NCBI GenBank assembly: GCA_024398405.1
Contig: JAKSJE010000002.1
Location: 2,474-66,473, forward strand
Direction of reading: 5' to 3'
DNA: 64,000 nucleotides
Source: Bacteroidaceae bacterium
GTDB lineage: Bacteria > Bacteroidota > Bacteroidia > Bacteroidales > Bacteroidaceae
The position numbers and the translations under genes are program-made. The notes below the pieces were generated by a model. It was not told where the DNA came from and did not search any database. It saw nothing but the letters and a program-made list of their open reading frames with translations. The number at the start of each line of letters is the position of its first letter. Positions within the stretch are counted from its first letter, which is position 1. Positions 36,738-46,988 of this stretch are shown one piece after another.

Positions 36738-36751
36738 AAAACAAGTTCAAT

Positions 36752-38221
36752 ATGAAATCACTAAACAAGCGTACAGCACCGAAAAGTAGTGCCCCGGAGA
36801 GAATCATCCAGTTCGGTGAAGGCAATTTCCTTCGTTGTTTCATTGACTGGATTGTATATAAGATGAATCGCAAGACCGACTTCAATTCAAGCGTAGTCAT
36901 CGTACAACCTATCGAGAATGGTATGGTTGACAAGTTAAACGGTCAGGACTGCCTCTACCACGTGAACCTCCAAGGACGGTTGAATGGCGAGAAAGTAGAT
37001 AAGCTCACAAGAATTGATTGTATCAGCCGCGCTTTGAATCCATATACTCAGAATCAGGCGTTCTTGGCATTGGCTGAGCAACCGGAAATCAGATTTGTCA
37101 TTTCCAATACAACGGAAGCGGGTATTGCCTTCGACCCTGCATGCAAGTTCTGCGATACACCTGCAAGCAGTTATCCCGGCAAACTGACACAGTTGCTGTT
37201 CCGTCGGTATGAGACCTTCAACGGAGCGAAAGACAAAGGGCTTATCATCATGCCATGTGAGCTCATATTCCTCAACGGCCACCATCTCAAGGAGTGTATC
37301 TACCAGTACATCGAGCTTTGGAAAGATGACTTTGGCGGCAAGTACGAAGGGTTCAAAAATTGGTTTACAGACTGTTGTTATGTTTGCGCCACTCTCGTTG
37401 ACCGCATCGTACCAGGCTTCCCCCGCAAGGACATACGGGATATCCAGAAGAGGATATGCTACCGTGACGAGATGGTCGTACAAGGAGAGGCTTTCCATCT
37501 CTGGGTAATCGAGAGACCTGAGAACATGAGCATAGAAGACCTGAAGGCTGAGTTTCCGGCTGAGAAAGCAGGGCTGAACGTTCTTATCGCTGAGTCAGAG
37601 AAACCTTATCACGAGCGCAAGGTGACACTGCTCAATGGTCCGCACACAGTCCTCTCGCCTGTGGCGTTCCTGTCAGGAATCAACATCGTCAGGGATGCCT
37701 GCAACCATGAGACAGTCGGAAAGTACATTCATAAGGTTCAGTTCGATGAGCTGATGCAAACCCTCAACCTCCCTATGGACGAACTTGAGAAATTCGCAAG
37801 TGATGTTCTCGAGCGTTTCAACAACCCATACGTTGACCATCAGGTCACGAGCATCATGCTCAACTCATTCCCCAAGTACGAGACACGTGACCTTCCCGGC
37901 TTAAAGACTTACCTCGAAAGAAAAGGACATCTTCCTGAGGGCCTCGTCTTCGGTCTCGCAGCCATCATAACATACTACAAGGGTGGTCAACGTGAGGACG
38001 GAACAGCCATCACGCCTAACGACGCCCCTGAGATAATGCGGCTTCTGAAAGACCTATGGATGACCGATGACACTCAGACGGTGGCGGAGGGCGTGCTTGC
38101 AGCTGAATTCATCTGGCGCGAGAATCTGAACCTCATCCCTGGTCTCACCGCACTCATCAAGAAAGACCTCGACCTCATCCGTGAGAAAGGGATGCTCAAT
38201 GCCCTCAAGACAATACTCTGA
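36752..38221 (+). CDS. uxaB: tagaturonate reductase (altronate oxidoreductase)
   Basis: 489-aa ORF. The N-terminus ..PERIIQFGEGNFLRCFIDWIV is the hallmark UxaB / mannitol dehydrogenase family start. Confidence 0.85.
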   Translation: MKSLNKRTAPKSSAPERIIQFGEGNFLRCFIDWIVYKMNRKTDFNSSVVIVQPIENGMVDKLNGQDCLYHVNLQGRLNGEKVDKLTRIDCISRALNPYTQNQAFLALAEQPEIRFVISNTTEAGIAFDPACKFCDTPASSYPGKLTQLLFRRYETFNGAKDKGLIIMPCELIFLNGHHLKECIYQYIELWKDDFGGKYEGFKNWFTDCCYVCATLVDRIVPGFPRKDIRDIQKRICYRDEMVVQGEAFHLWVIERPENMSIEDLKAEFPAEKAGLNVLIAESEKPYHERKVTLLNGPHTVLSPVAFLSGINIVRDACNHETVGKYIHKVQFDELMQTLNLPMDELEKFASDVLERFNNPYVDHQVTSIMLNSFPKYETRDLPGLKTYLERKGHLPEGLVFGLAAIITYYKGGQREDGTAITPNDAPEIMRLLKDLWMTDDTQTVAEGVLAAEFIWRENLNLIPGLTALIKKDLDLIREKGMLNALKTIL

Positions 38222-38312
38222 GACGGTCACAACACAAAAGATGTTTCATAATAACCTGTTGCCTCATACCGATGCCAGCAGAAAACCAACAAAACCCACC
38301 AATAACAGAACA

Positions 38313-39722
38313 ATGAAAGATTTCAACGATAGTAATTTCCTTCTTCGGACAAAGACCGCCGAGCATCTATACCATGACCACGCATCCAAGTTGCCGATCA
38401 TCGACTATCACTGCCATCTGGTACCTCAGATGGTTGCTGATGACCACAAATTCTCGTCTATCACCGAGCTCTGGCTCGGTGGAGACCATTACAAATGGAG
38501 GGCAATGCGCTCTAACGGAGTTGCAGAGAAGTATTGCACAGGCAAGGACACGACTGACTGGGAGAAGTTTGAGAAATGGGCAGAGACAGTCCCTTACACT
38601 TTCAGGAACCCTCTATATCATTGGACTCATCTGGAACTCCGTACCGCTTTCGGCATCAACAAGCTGCTAAAGCCAGAGACTGCCCATGAGATATTCGAGG
38701 AATGCAACGACAGGCTTCAGAACGACCCTTCATTTACCGCAAGAGGCCTGATGCGCAAATACAACGTCGAGACCGTCTGCACTACTGACGACCCAGTTGA
38801 CGATTTGCGTTTCCACAAACAGACACGGGAAAGTGGATTCGAGGTCAAGATGCTTCCGGCATGGAGACCTGACAAGGCTATGGCTGTGGAGAACCCTAAG
38901 ACCTTCCGGACTTACATCGAACGCCTTTCCGAAGTCAGCGGAACTTCAATATCATCATTCAACGATGTCCTCGACGCCTTACGCAAACGTCACGACTTCT
39001 TTGCGGAGAACGGTTGCAGACTCTCAGACCACGGAATAGAAGAGTTCTATGCCGCAGACTACACCGACTCAGAAATCAACAGCATCTTCGACAAAGTCTA
39101 TTCGGGAAATAACCTCTCATACGATGAGATTCTGAAATTCAAGAGTTGCATGCTCATGCGATTTGCTGAGATGGACGCCGAATCAGGATGGACTCAGCAA
39201 TTCCACTACGGAGCCATCCGTGACAACAACACGAGGATGTTCAATCTTCTCGGTCCTGACACCGGTTTTGACTCCATCGGCCAGTTCAACACGGCAAAGG
39301 CCATGTCGAAGTTCTTCAATCGTCTTGACATCGAAGGCAAACTGACAAAAACCATTATCTACAACCTTAACCCAGCCGACAACGAGATGGTGGCCACCAT
39401 GCTCGGCAATTTCCAGGACGGAACTGTTCCGGGAAAGATACAATGGGGCTCTGGATGGTGGTTCCTCGACCAGAAACGAGGCATGGAGAACCAGATGAAC
39501 ACGCTGTCCCTCCTCGGTCTCCTAAGCCGCTTCGTCGGAATGCTGACGGACTCACGTTCCTTCCTCTCCTATCCGCGTCACGAATACTTCCGCAGGACCC
39601 TCTGCAACCTCATTGGCAACGACATCGAAAACGGAGAGATTCCCGCATCGGAAATCGCCCAGGCAGAGAAGATGGTCGAGGACATCAGCTATTTCAATGC
39701 AAAGAACTATTTCGGGTTCTGA
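38313..39722 (+). CDS. uxaC: glucuronate isomerase
   Basis: Corresponds to ORF 38181..39722. I prefer the ATG at 38313 (MKDFNDSNFLLRTKTAEHLYHDHASKLPIIDYHCHL), the canonical UxaC N-terminus. Length is ~469 aa. Confidence 0.9.
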   Translation: MKDFNDSNFLLRTKTAEHLYHDHASKLPIIDYHCHLVPQMVADDHKFSSITELWLGGDHYKWRAMRSNGVAEKYCTGKDTTDWEKFEKWAETVPYTFRNPLYHWTHLELRTAFGINKLLKPETAHEIFEECNDRLQNDPSFTARGLMRKYNVETVCTTDDPVDDLRFHKQTRESGFEVKMLPAWRPDKAMAVENPKTFRTYIERLSEVSGTSISSFNDVLDALRKRHDFFAENGCRLSDHGIEEFYAADYTDSEINSIFDKVYSGNNLSYDEILKFKSCMLMRFAEMDAESGWTQQFHYGAIRDNNTRMFNLLGPDTGFDSIGQFNTAKAMSKFFNRLDIEGKLTKTIIYNLNPADNEMVATMLGNFQDGTVPGKIQWGSGWWFLDQKRGMENQMNTLSLLGLLSRFVGMLTDSRSFLSYPRHEYFRRTLCNLIGNDIENGEIPASEIAQAEKMVEDISYFNAKNYFGF

Positions 39723-39723
39723 C

Positions 39724-40965
39724 ATGTACTCAAGAGTCCTCCTCCTGATTTTCCTCACACTCCTCAACGTCCCGCTGAGGGCACAGCAGAGTGCGTCTTT
39801 CCTTCAGAGCATCAAGACCGTGCAGGTCATAGTGAACGGAGTGTGGGACGCACCACCTGTCATGGCTATGGGTGGAGGGAACACAGTGCAGATCTCATTC
39901 GACGACCTTCAGCACGACTACGTCAGATACACCTACCGTATCTCTCACTGTGACGCAGACTGGCAGAAGTCCGACATCTTCGAGGGTGACTACATGGATG
40001 GACTGAACGGCGTGAACCGTTTAGAGAACTACACACAGTCCATGAACACAGAGACAGAATACAACCACTACACCCTCACTCTTCCGAACAAGGATGTCAG
40101 ACTCCTCATAAGCGGCAACTATCTCGTCGAGTTTTTCGAGGACGGAGACGAGGAGCCGGTGGCACAGGCTTGTTTCAGCCTACTCGAGCCACGTGTGGGA
40201 ATAGACGTCACAGTCAGCGGTAACACCGACATAGACACCAGGAAAAACCACCAGCAACTGTCGTTCAAGCTCAACTTCCCCAACTACGGAGTGGTCAACC
40301 CGGAGGAGGAATTCAAGCCTGTGGTCATCCAGAACAGGAGATGGGACACTCACGTCTCCGGCATCAAACCCACTTACATCAGGACGAACCAGTTCGAGTA
40401 CAGTTTCAACCGAAAGCTCATCTTCACGGCAGGTAACGAGTACCGCCGTTTTGAGATTATCGACAGAAGAGTTCCGATGATGAACGTGGATCGTATCTAC
40501 CGCGAACGTGGTGACTACCATGCGCAACTCTATCCCGACAAACCACGCAAAAACTATCTCTACGATCAGGATCAGGACGGAAGATATCTCATCCGCAACG
40601 AATACGACGCCGAGATTGACACAGAGAGTGAGTACATCCACACTCATTTCACATTGGTGTCCCCAAGGCTTCCAGGAGGAGAGGTCTATCTCAACGGCAA
40701 CCTGACCGACAACAGCTACGATGCGTATTACCAGATGGAATACAACGACGTAGCCAGGCAATATGAGATAACGCTGCCTCTCAAGCAAGGTTCATACAAC
40801 TATCAGTATCTTGTAGTCGATGAAGACGGCATCGGACACACCGAACTTACCGAGGGGGACTTCTATCAGACAGAGAACGAATATCATGTGTACATTTACC
40901 ATCGTGCATTCGGAGAAAGGTACGACCGATTGGTCGGATTCCAGAAATGCACTCCAAGCAACTGA
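39724..40965 (+). CDS. DUF5103 / T9SS plug-like protein (tentative)
   Basis: Corresponds to ORF 39613..40965. I prefer the ATG at 39724 (MYSRVLLLIFLTLLNVPLRAQQ signal), one nt after the uxaC stop. The motif ..ISFDDLQHDYVRYTYRISHCDADWQKSDIFEGDYMDGLNG matches my recollection of the DUF5103 family. Confidence 0.55.
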   Translation: MYSRVLLLIFLTLLNVPLRAQQSASFLQSIKTVQVIVNGVWDAPPVMAMGGGNTVQISFDDLQHDYVRYTYRISHCDADWQKSDIFEGDYMDGLNGVNRLENYTQSMNTETEYNHYTLTLPNKDVRLLISGNYLVEFFEDGDEEPVAQACFSLLEPRVGIDVTVSGNTDIDTRKNHQQLSFKLNFPNYGVVNPEEEFKPVVIQNRRWDTHVSGIKPTYIRTNQFEYSFNRKLIFTAGNEYRRFEIIDRRVPMMNVDRIYRERGDYHAQLYPDKPRKNYLYDQDQDGRYLIRNEYDAEIDTESEYIHTHFTLVSPRLPGGEVYLNGNLTDNSYDAYYQMEYNDVARQYEITLPLKQGSYNYQYLVVDEDGIGHTELTEGDFYQTENEYHVYIYHRAFGERYDRLVGFQKCTPSN

Positions 40966-40968
40966 CAA

Positions 40969-43857
40969 TTGGCTCACATCAGACTACTCATACTGACATT
41001 GCTGCTTCATTCCCTTGCAGGCGCTGGAGCAGACGCGCAGACGCGCGACTCCATCTACAATTATCTCGCCCAATACAAACATCCGGGACAGAAGCTGAAA
41101 CCTTCCGCCTTGTTGTCTTACAATGTCAGCCTGACGGACAAGACCATCAGCATCGCAGTCGGAGGAGGCTTCAACGAGCAGGCGTTTACCTCCGACATCG
41201 TAGAAGGTATTTACGACCGGGTGCGTTCGTTCCTGCCTGACTCCATCAGCAAATTCAAGATTGAGATATCCACTGCAGGCCGGCTGATTGAGGACATGGT
41301 GCCTAACGGATATCGCAAGAACAATCCAGACAAGTCCCGCATGTGGGATAAAGAGTATTCCGACAACCCCTGGATGAAGAACGAAAGCACGGAGATGACA
41401 TCAGACAAAGGCTTCAAAGGTTCTCATCTCGCGGTATGGCAGAGCCACGGACGGTTCTACAAGGCAGCGAGACACACTTGGGACTGGCAACGCCCACGCC
41501 TCTACTGCACTACCGAAGACCTTTTCACACAGACGTTTGTCATTCCGTACATCATTCCTATGCTGGAGAACGCAGGCGCCGTGGTATATACCCCACGGGA
41601 GCGGGACTGGCAGAACCATGAAGTCATCATCGACAACGACGCTCCCTCACAGGACGGACTCTACAGCGAGAAGACACTCGGCAAGACAAGCTGGCTCCAA
41701 TCCGACAGTGCCGGATTCGCCCAGACACGGGACACATACTCCATTTCAGACAACCCTTTCCGCGAGGGAACGGCACGCCAGACTGAGACTGCTCCGTCAT
41801 CAAAAGAGGTGTCATCAGTCACATGGACACCCTACATACCACAGTCCGGACAATATGCCGTATATGTGTCTTACCAGACACTCCCCAGAAGTGTCTCCGA
41901 CGCTCATTACCAAGTATGGCACAAAGGAGTCATGACAGAGTACATGGTCAATCAGAGAATAGGCGGAAGCACCTGGGTCTATCTCGGCACATTCGATTTT
42001 GACGAAGGGATGAACGACGGCAGTTGTGTGGTGCTAACCAACCAGTCTGGCGAGAAAGGTGTCATCAGCGCTGACGCGGTGCGTTTTGGCTCGGGAATGG
42101 GGAACATTCTCGGTGGAGGAACGGTAAGCGGACTTCCTCGTTGGGCAGAGGCCTCTCGCTACTACACCCAGTGGGCAGGTCTGTCACAGAAAGTATATGA
42201 CCACTATCATGGGACCGACGACTACAAAGACGACCTATACTCACGCCCTCGCGCAGTCAACGAACTGGCGGGCGGCTCCATGTTCGTCCAGGACAGCACC
42301 GGCCGCAATGTGCCTTTCGAGTTGGCGATAGCGTTTCACTCCGATGCCGGATACTCACGCGACGGGACTCTCTCCGGCTCCCTCTCTGCCTGCACCACCA
42401 AGCGCATCAAGTTCCACAAGATAGTCATCACTTCCCCCGACACATCTTTCATCACTTCCCCCGACACTCTCGCCCCTCCCACTCCTCCCGACTCCCTCAC
42501 CTACTACACCGGCATCGACCGCTATGCCTCGCATGACATATCCAGCACCCTGCTCTCCGGGCTGTCTTCCGACCTCTCGGAATATGGCTGGCCTATCCGT
42601 CCCGTCCTGGACAAGGACTACTGCGAGACTCGTGAGCCTACGATTCCCTCCGCGATTCTCGAGATTCTCTCACACGAGAATTTCTTCGACATGTGTCTCG
42701 GCTATGACCCGCAGTTCAAGTTCGATTTCGCCCGCTCCGTCTATAAGTCCCTACTGCGCTACGTCTCCGCCACTCACAAGCGCGAGTACGTAGTGCAGCC
42801 ACTTCCCGTCAAGGACTTCTCCGCCGTTCTGTCAGATGACGAGGAACAGGCGGAACTCTCATGGACTCCCGTGGAGGATCCGCTGGAGCCGACCGCCTCT
42901 CCCCAGTATTACATCGTCTATACCCGAACCGATGACAATGGTTTCGACAACGGCACCAAGGTCAGAGGCACATCATGCAGGCTATCCATCCGGAAGGGAC
43001 ATATCTACTCTTACAAAGTCGTTGCAGGCAACAAGGGTGGAGTCAGTTTCCCTTCCGAGATTCTCTCAGTATATTCAGCGCCTGACAACGAAGGCACGAT
43101 ACTCATCGTCAATGCCTTCACCCGCCTCGAAGGTCCGGCTCGTATCAACACAGGGAACAAACTGGGCTTCGACCTCGACCGTGACCCTGGTGTCCAGTAC
43201 GGCTTGTTTGCCGGGTTCTGCGGACGGCAGAAGGTCTTCAGCACTCAGCACATCGGTTCATCGGGTGGCAATGCCACAGGTCATAGCGGTGACGAACTCG
43301 AAGGTCGCCTCATAATGGGCAACACGTTTGACTACCCGTTTGTCCACGGCAATGCCATCAAGGATGTCGGAGGCCACTCCTTCTGCTCCGTCAGCTCAGG
43401 AGCGGTGTCAGACGGGAGGGTGAGATTGCAGTCGTTCAGCCTTGCAGACGTGATATGCGGTGTCCAGAAGAATTATGACGATGACTTCGTCGCTGCCCTC
43501 GCGCATTATGCTGACAAGGACAGACCGCTCCTCATCACCGGTGCGAACATCGACACTCTCTGGTCTTTCGTTCCTCGGCCATCCAACAGGGTGAGGAAAG
43601 ACGGGTTCGTAACTGATCCTGACTCAGTATATACATACAGTTACTTCAGCGAGATGAACGAACAATCCTACAGCGTCCCTACCCAGTCCGCGTTCTCCGC
43701 CGATGGCACGACCTCGCTGTTGGTCTATCCCGACCACGCCTGTGCGGCCGCCGTCAGGCACAAGACCCTGGTATGCGGAATACCACTTGAGTCATTCAGG
43801 ACCAGGCAGGAGCGCACCAATCTCATGTCACTATTCCTAACATCCCTCAAACCATGA
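40969..43857 (+). CDS. large secreted protein with MurNAc-LAA-type amidase-like fold and golvesin-C-like / FN3-like modules; function unknown
   Basis: 962-aa ORF with signal peptide MAHIRLLILTLLLHSLAGAGADAQ. Amidase_3-like landmarks are present (WQSHG..TEDLFT..ENAGAVVYTPRERD; AFHSDAG; ILEILSHENFFD). A segment YAVYVSYQ..AHYQVWHKG..STWVYLGTFDF..ADAVRFG is also present. Confidence 0.5.
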   Translation: MAHIRLLILTLLLHSLAGAGADAQTRDSIYNYLAQYKHPGQKLKPSALLSYNVSLTDKTISIAVGGGFNEQAFTSDIVEGIYDRVRSFLPDSISKFKIEISTAGRLIEDMVPNGYRKNNPDKSRMWDKEYSDNPWMKNESTEMTSDKGFKGSHLAVWQSHGRFYKAARHTWDWQRPRLYCTTEDLFTQTFVIPYIIPMLENAGAVVYTPRERDWQNHEVIIDNDAPSQDGLYSEKTLGKTSWLQSDSAGFAQTRDTYSISDNPFREGTARQTETAPSSKEVSSVTWTPYIPQSGQYAVYVSYQTLPRSVSDAHYQVWHKGVMTEYMVNQRIGGSTWVYLGTFDFDEGMNDGSCVVLTNQSGEKGVISADAVRFGSGMGNILGGGTVSGLPRWAEASRYYTQWAGLSQKVYDHYHGTDDYKDDLYSRPRAVNELAGGSMFVQDSTGRNVPFELAIAFHSDAGYSRDGTLSGSLSACTTKRIKFHKIVITSPDTSFITSPDTLAPPTPPDSLTYYTGIDRYASHDISSTLLSGLSSDLSEYGWPIRPVLDKDYCETREPTIPSAILEILSHENFFDMCLGYDPQFKFDFARSVYKSLLRYVSATHKREYVVQPLPVKDFSAVLSDDEEQAELSWTPVEDPLEPTASPQYYIVYTRTDDNGFDNGTKVRGTSCRLSIRKGHIYSYKVVAGNKGGVSFPSEILSVYSAPDNEGTILIVNAFTRLEGPARINTGNKLGFDLDRDPGVQYGLFAGFCGRQKVFSTQHIGSSGGNATGHSGDELEGRLIMGNTFDYPFVHGNAIKDVGGHSFCSVSSGAVSDGRVRLQSFSLADVICGVQKNYDDDFVAALAHYADKDRPLLITGANIDTLWSFVPRPSNRVRKDGFVTDPDSVYTYSYFSEMNEQSYSVPTQSAFSADGTTSLLVYPDHACAAAVRHKTLVCGIPLESFRTRQERTNLMSLFLTSLKP

Positions 43858-45584
43858 GTTTCCTACCGACCACACGCAAAGAGATGGAGCGCCTCGGATG
43901 GGATCAGGCCGATATCATCATATTCTCCGGCGACGCCTATGTTGACCATCCGTCCTTTGCCACAGCAGTGATAGGTCGCACCCTCGAGGCTGAAGGCTAC
44001 CGGGTGGCAGTCGTTCCGCAGCCCGACTGGCATGGCGACTTCCGCGACTTCCGCAAACTCGGCAAGCCACGGCTGTTCTTCGCCGTCTCGCCCGGATGCA
44101 TGGACTCCATGGTCAACAAATACACTGCCAACCGGCGTTTGCGTTCCGAAGACGCCTATACCCCCGACGGGCGTTTCGACAAGCGGCCCGAATACCCGAC
44201 CATAGTATATACCCATATCCTCAAGGAACTATACCCCGGCATACCTGTCATCATCGGAGGCATCGAGGCCTCCATGCGCCGACTCACACATTACGACTAC
44301 TGGCAGGACAGACTGCGTCCGTCCATTCTCGTTGACAGCCATGCTGACATCCTCATCTATGGCATGGGCGAGCAACCCATCACCGAGATAGCCCGACTGT
44401 ACCACGAGAGTCCGTCCGACCTCACCGCCCGGCTCCGCTCAGTGCCGCAGACAGCCCACCTGGCTCCCGCCGGCCTGACCCTGAGCCATGAAGCCGTCAT
44501 GCTCCATAGCCATGAGGAATGCGTCGCGAGCAAGCGTTCACAGGCAGAGAACTTCCGGCTGATAGAGGAGCAGTCAAACCGTCTCGACGCCAAGACGCTC
44601 ATCCAGCAGGTCGGCTCACACCTCGTTGTCGTCAACCCACCATTCCCTCCTATGTCGCAAGGTGAGCTCGACCGTAGTTTCGACTTGCCTTACACGCGTC
44701 TGCCCCACCCCCGGTACAAGGGGAAGACCATCCCCGCATACGAGATGATCAAGTTCTCAGTCAATCTACACAGAGGCTGCTTCGGCGGCTGCTCGTTCTG
44801 CACCATATCCGCCCACCAAGGCAAGTTCGTATGCAGCCGGAGCAAGGACAGCATCATGCGCGAGGTCAGGAAAGTCATTGCCATGCCTGACTTCAAAGGC
44901 TATATCAGCGACCTCGGAGGACCCAGTGCCAATATGTACTCCATGTGCGGGAAGGACCGGGGACTGTGTGCCATATGCCGTCGCCCGTCATGCATATTCC
45001 CTAACGTCTGCAAGAACCTCAACAACGACCACGCGCCGCTTCTCGACATCTATCGCAGTGTTGACTCCCTGCCGGGAATAAAGAAGAGCTTCATAGGCAG
45101 CGGAGTACGCTACGACCTTCTCATGAGTGACCGTGAAAGCGGCATGCGCTATGCCCGCGAGCTGATCGTCAATCATGTCAGCGGCCGTCTGAAGGTGGCG
45201 CCCGAACATACTGAGGACAATGTTGTACGAATGATGCGCAAACCTCCGTTCCGGCTCTTTTACGACTTCAAGCGCATCTTCGACGACATCTGCCGTCAGA
45301 ACCGCCTCCGCCAGCAGATAATTCCTTATTTCATAAGCGCACACCCTGGCTGCAAGGAGGAAGACATGAGCAGGTTGGCCGAGAAGACCCGGAAACTGGG
45401 TTTCCGTCTCGAACAGGTCCAGGAATTCACCCCTACGCCCATGACACTCAGCACCGAGATGTACTACACAGGTCTTGACCCCTATACACTCGAGCCAGTG
45501 TTCTCAGCCCATTCCGACAAGGAGAAGCAAGCGCAGCACAAGCACTTCTTCTGGTACAAGCAAAACGACTCCGGCCGGCACTGA
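43854..45584 (+). CDS. ygiQ: YgiQ-family (UPF0313) radical SAM protein
   Basis: 576-aa ORF with the typical N-terminus MSFLPTTRKEMERLGWDQ.DIIIFSGDAYVDHPSF. The radical SAM cluster motif is CFGGCSFC. Its ATG overlaps the upstream stop (ATGA). Confidence 0.85.
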   Translation: MSFLPTTRKEMERLGWDQADIIIFSGDAYVDHPSFATAVIGRTLEAEGYRVAVVPQPDWHGDFRDFRKLGKPRLFFAVSPGCMDSMVNKYTANRRLRSEDAYTPDGRFDKRPEYPTIVYTHILKELYPGIPVIIGGIEASMRRLTHYDYWQDRLRPSILVDSHADILIYGMGEQPITEIARLYHESPSDLTARLRSVPQTAHLAPAGLTLSHEAVMLHSHEECVASKRSQAENFRLIEEQSNRLDAKTLIQQVGSHLVVVNPPFPPMSQGELDRSFDLPYTRLPHPRYKGKTIPAYEMIKFSVNLHRGCFGGCSFCTISAHQGKFVCSRSKDSIMREVRKVIAMPDFKGYISDLGGPSANMYSMCGKDRGLCAICRRPSCIFPNVCKNLNNDHAPLLDIYRSVDSLPGIKKSFIGSGVRYDLLMSDRESGMRYARELIVNHVSGRLKVAPEHTEDNVVRMMRKPPFRLFYDFKRIFDDICRQNRLRQQIIPYFISAHPGCKEEDMSRLAEKTRKLGFRLEQVQEFTPTPMTLSTEMYYTGLDPYTLEPVFSAHSDKEKQAQHKHFFWYKQNDSGRH

Positions 45585-45648
45585 CCGCGATTCCCACTTA
45601 GCGGCCGGCACCCAGTTCCAGTCACACCACACCCACAGAGGAAACATC

Positions 45649-46188
45649 ATGTACAAAGAGATCATCGACAAATACTACCCAGCCACGTCCCCACTCCGCG
45701 ACATCCTCGTCACACACTCACGGAGTGTGGCAGACAAGGCGCTTTCAATCGCCAGATGCCATCCTGAATGGAATCTCGACCTTCAGTTCATCGAAGAAGC
45801 AGCCATGCTCCACGACATCGGGATATTCCGCTGCGATGCGGCCGGCATTCAGTGTCTCGGCACCGAGCCATACATCCGCCATGGCGTCATCGGGGCCGAC
45901 ATCCTCCGTTCCGAAGGCTACCCCCGTCACGCCAGGGTATGTGAACGGCATACAGGAGCCGGACTCACACGCCTCGACATCGAGGAACAAGACCTGCCGC
46001 TTCCTCATAGGGACCTCATTCCCGAGACACACGAGGAGCAGATCATCTGCTTTGCCGACAAGTTCTTCTCGAAGACACGGCTCACAGAGGAGAAGACACT
46101 CGAGCAGGCTCTACACAGCCTGTCCCGTTTCGGGCCACGCACTACCAAACAATTCCTGACATGGACAGAACTCTTCGCTGTCAGATAA
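45649..46188 (+). CDS. HD-domain phosphohydrolase
   Basis: Corresponds to ORF 45475..46188. I prefer the ATG at 45649 (MYKEIIDKYY..). The HD motif is AAMLHDIGIF, followed by ..RHGVIGADIL..ERHTGAGL. Confidence 0.75.
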   Translation: MYKEIIDKYYPATSPLRDILVTHSRSVADKALSIARCHPEWNLDLQFIEEAAMLHDIGIFRCDAAGIQCLGTEPYIRHGVIGADILRSEGYPRHARVCERHTGAGLTRLDIEEQDLPLPHRDLIPETHEEQIICFADKFFSKTRLTEEKTLEQALHSLSRFGPRTTKQFLTWTELFAVR

Positions 46189-46307
46189 GCCCAGACCGGT
46201 CATTGGCGAATCGCCACATGCGATATGTCCGGAAAGTCCTCGCCCTACTTCCCGGTTGTTCCTCATGCCCCAACGACACCTGACGACAGGCAGGAACCTC
46301 GGTGTAA

Positions 46308-46988
46308 TCACCTACACGACAACCAGATAAGGCACTGAAGGACTTGGGGGACATTCTTGATCGTGCGACTTACGACGACGAGGCTTTCCCGTCACTACTC
46401 GATGAGAATGGCAATAGAAAACCGTTCGAACGCTTCTTGAACGACGTTCGGAAAATAGACCGCACATACAACGAGAACTATCTGCGCTCTGAATACAACT
46501 TCGTGCAGGCTTCTGCAGAAATGGCGGCAAAGTGGGAACAGTTCCAGCAGGACGGAGACCGCTACTATCTCCAGTACCGCACACAGCATGACGATAAGGT
46601 GCGACCAGAACATGCAGCCCTCGATTGTGTCACACTACCTATCGATGACCCTTTCTGGGAAGAGTACTATCCTCCTAACGGATGGAACTGCCGCTGCACC
46701 GTCGTACAGGTGCGAAAGTCAAAGTACCAACCGACACCACACGACCAGGCCATGGCTCTCGGCGAACAGGCTACAGGCAAGGACACAAAGGGCATCTTCC
46801 ATTTCAATCCTGGTATCCAGCAGAAGACAGTCCCCGACTACAACCCTTACACCATACGCCGATGCCGTGACTGCGACCTGGGCAAGGAGAAACTCGCCTT
46901 CGTTCCAGATAACGAACTCTGCGCTGCATGTAAACTCATACATCAATTAGAGATAAAGAAATATTGTTGTCCGCTAAACGGTTCTTAG
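46308..46988 (+). pseudogene. phage MuF (SPP1 gp7 / Mu F) head-morphogenesis-domain gene fragment, 5'-truncated and 3'-interrupted by a MITE
   Basis: The MuF core motif is present: DDKVRPEHAALDCVTLPIDDPFWEEYYPPNGWNCRCTV. The frame is open from 46308 with no ATG (the ORF track uses TTG at 46344). The last 9 codons and the stop are read from the MITE terminal repeat. Confidence 0.75.

Noticed and set aside
36256-36751. Small ORFs in the galE-uxaB spacer (36131-36337, 36279-36461, 36724-36933)
   Set aside because: They are short, overlap terminator, promoter or hairpin features, and have no coding signature.
39613-39723. Upstream extensions of several ORF-track entries (39613, 38181, 35146, 21482, 45475, 3090)
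   Set aside because: The extensions overlap the preceding gene or lack signal peptides. Internal ATGs give canonical N-termini (UxaC, GalE) or proper signal peptides or lipoboxes.
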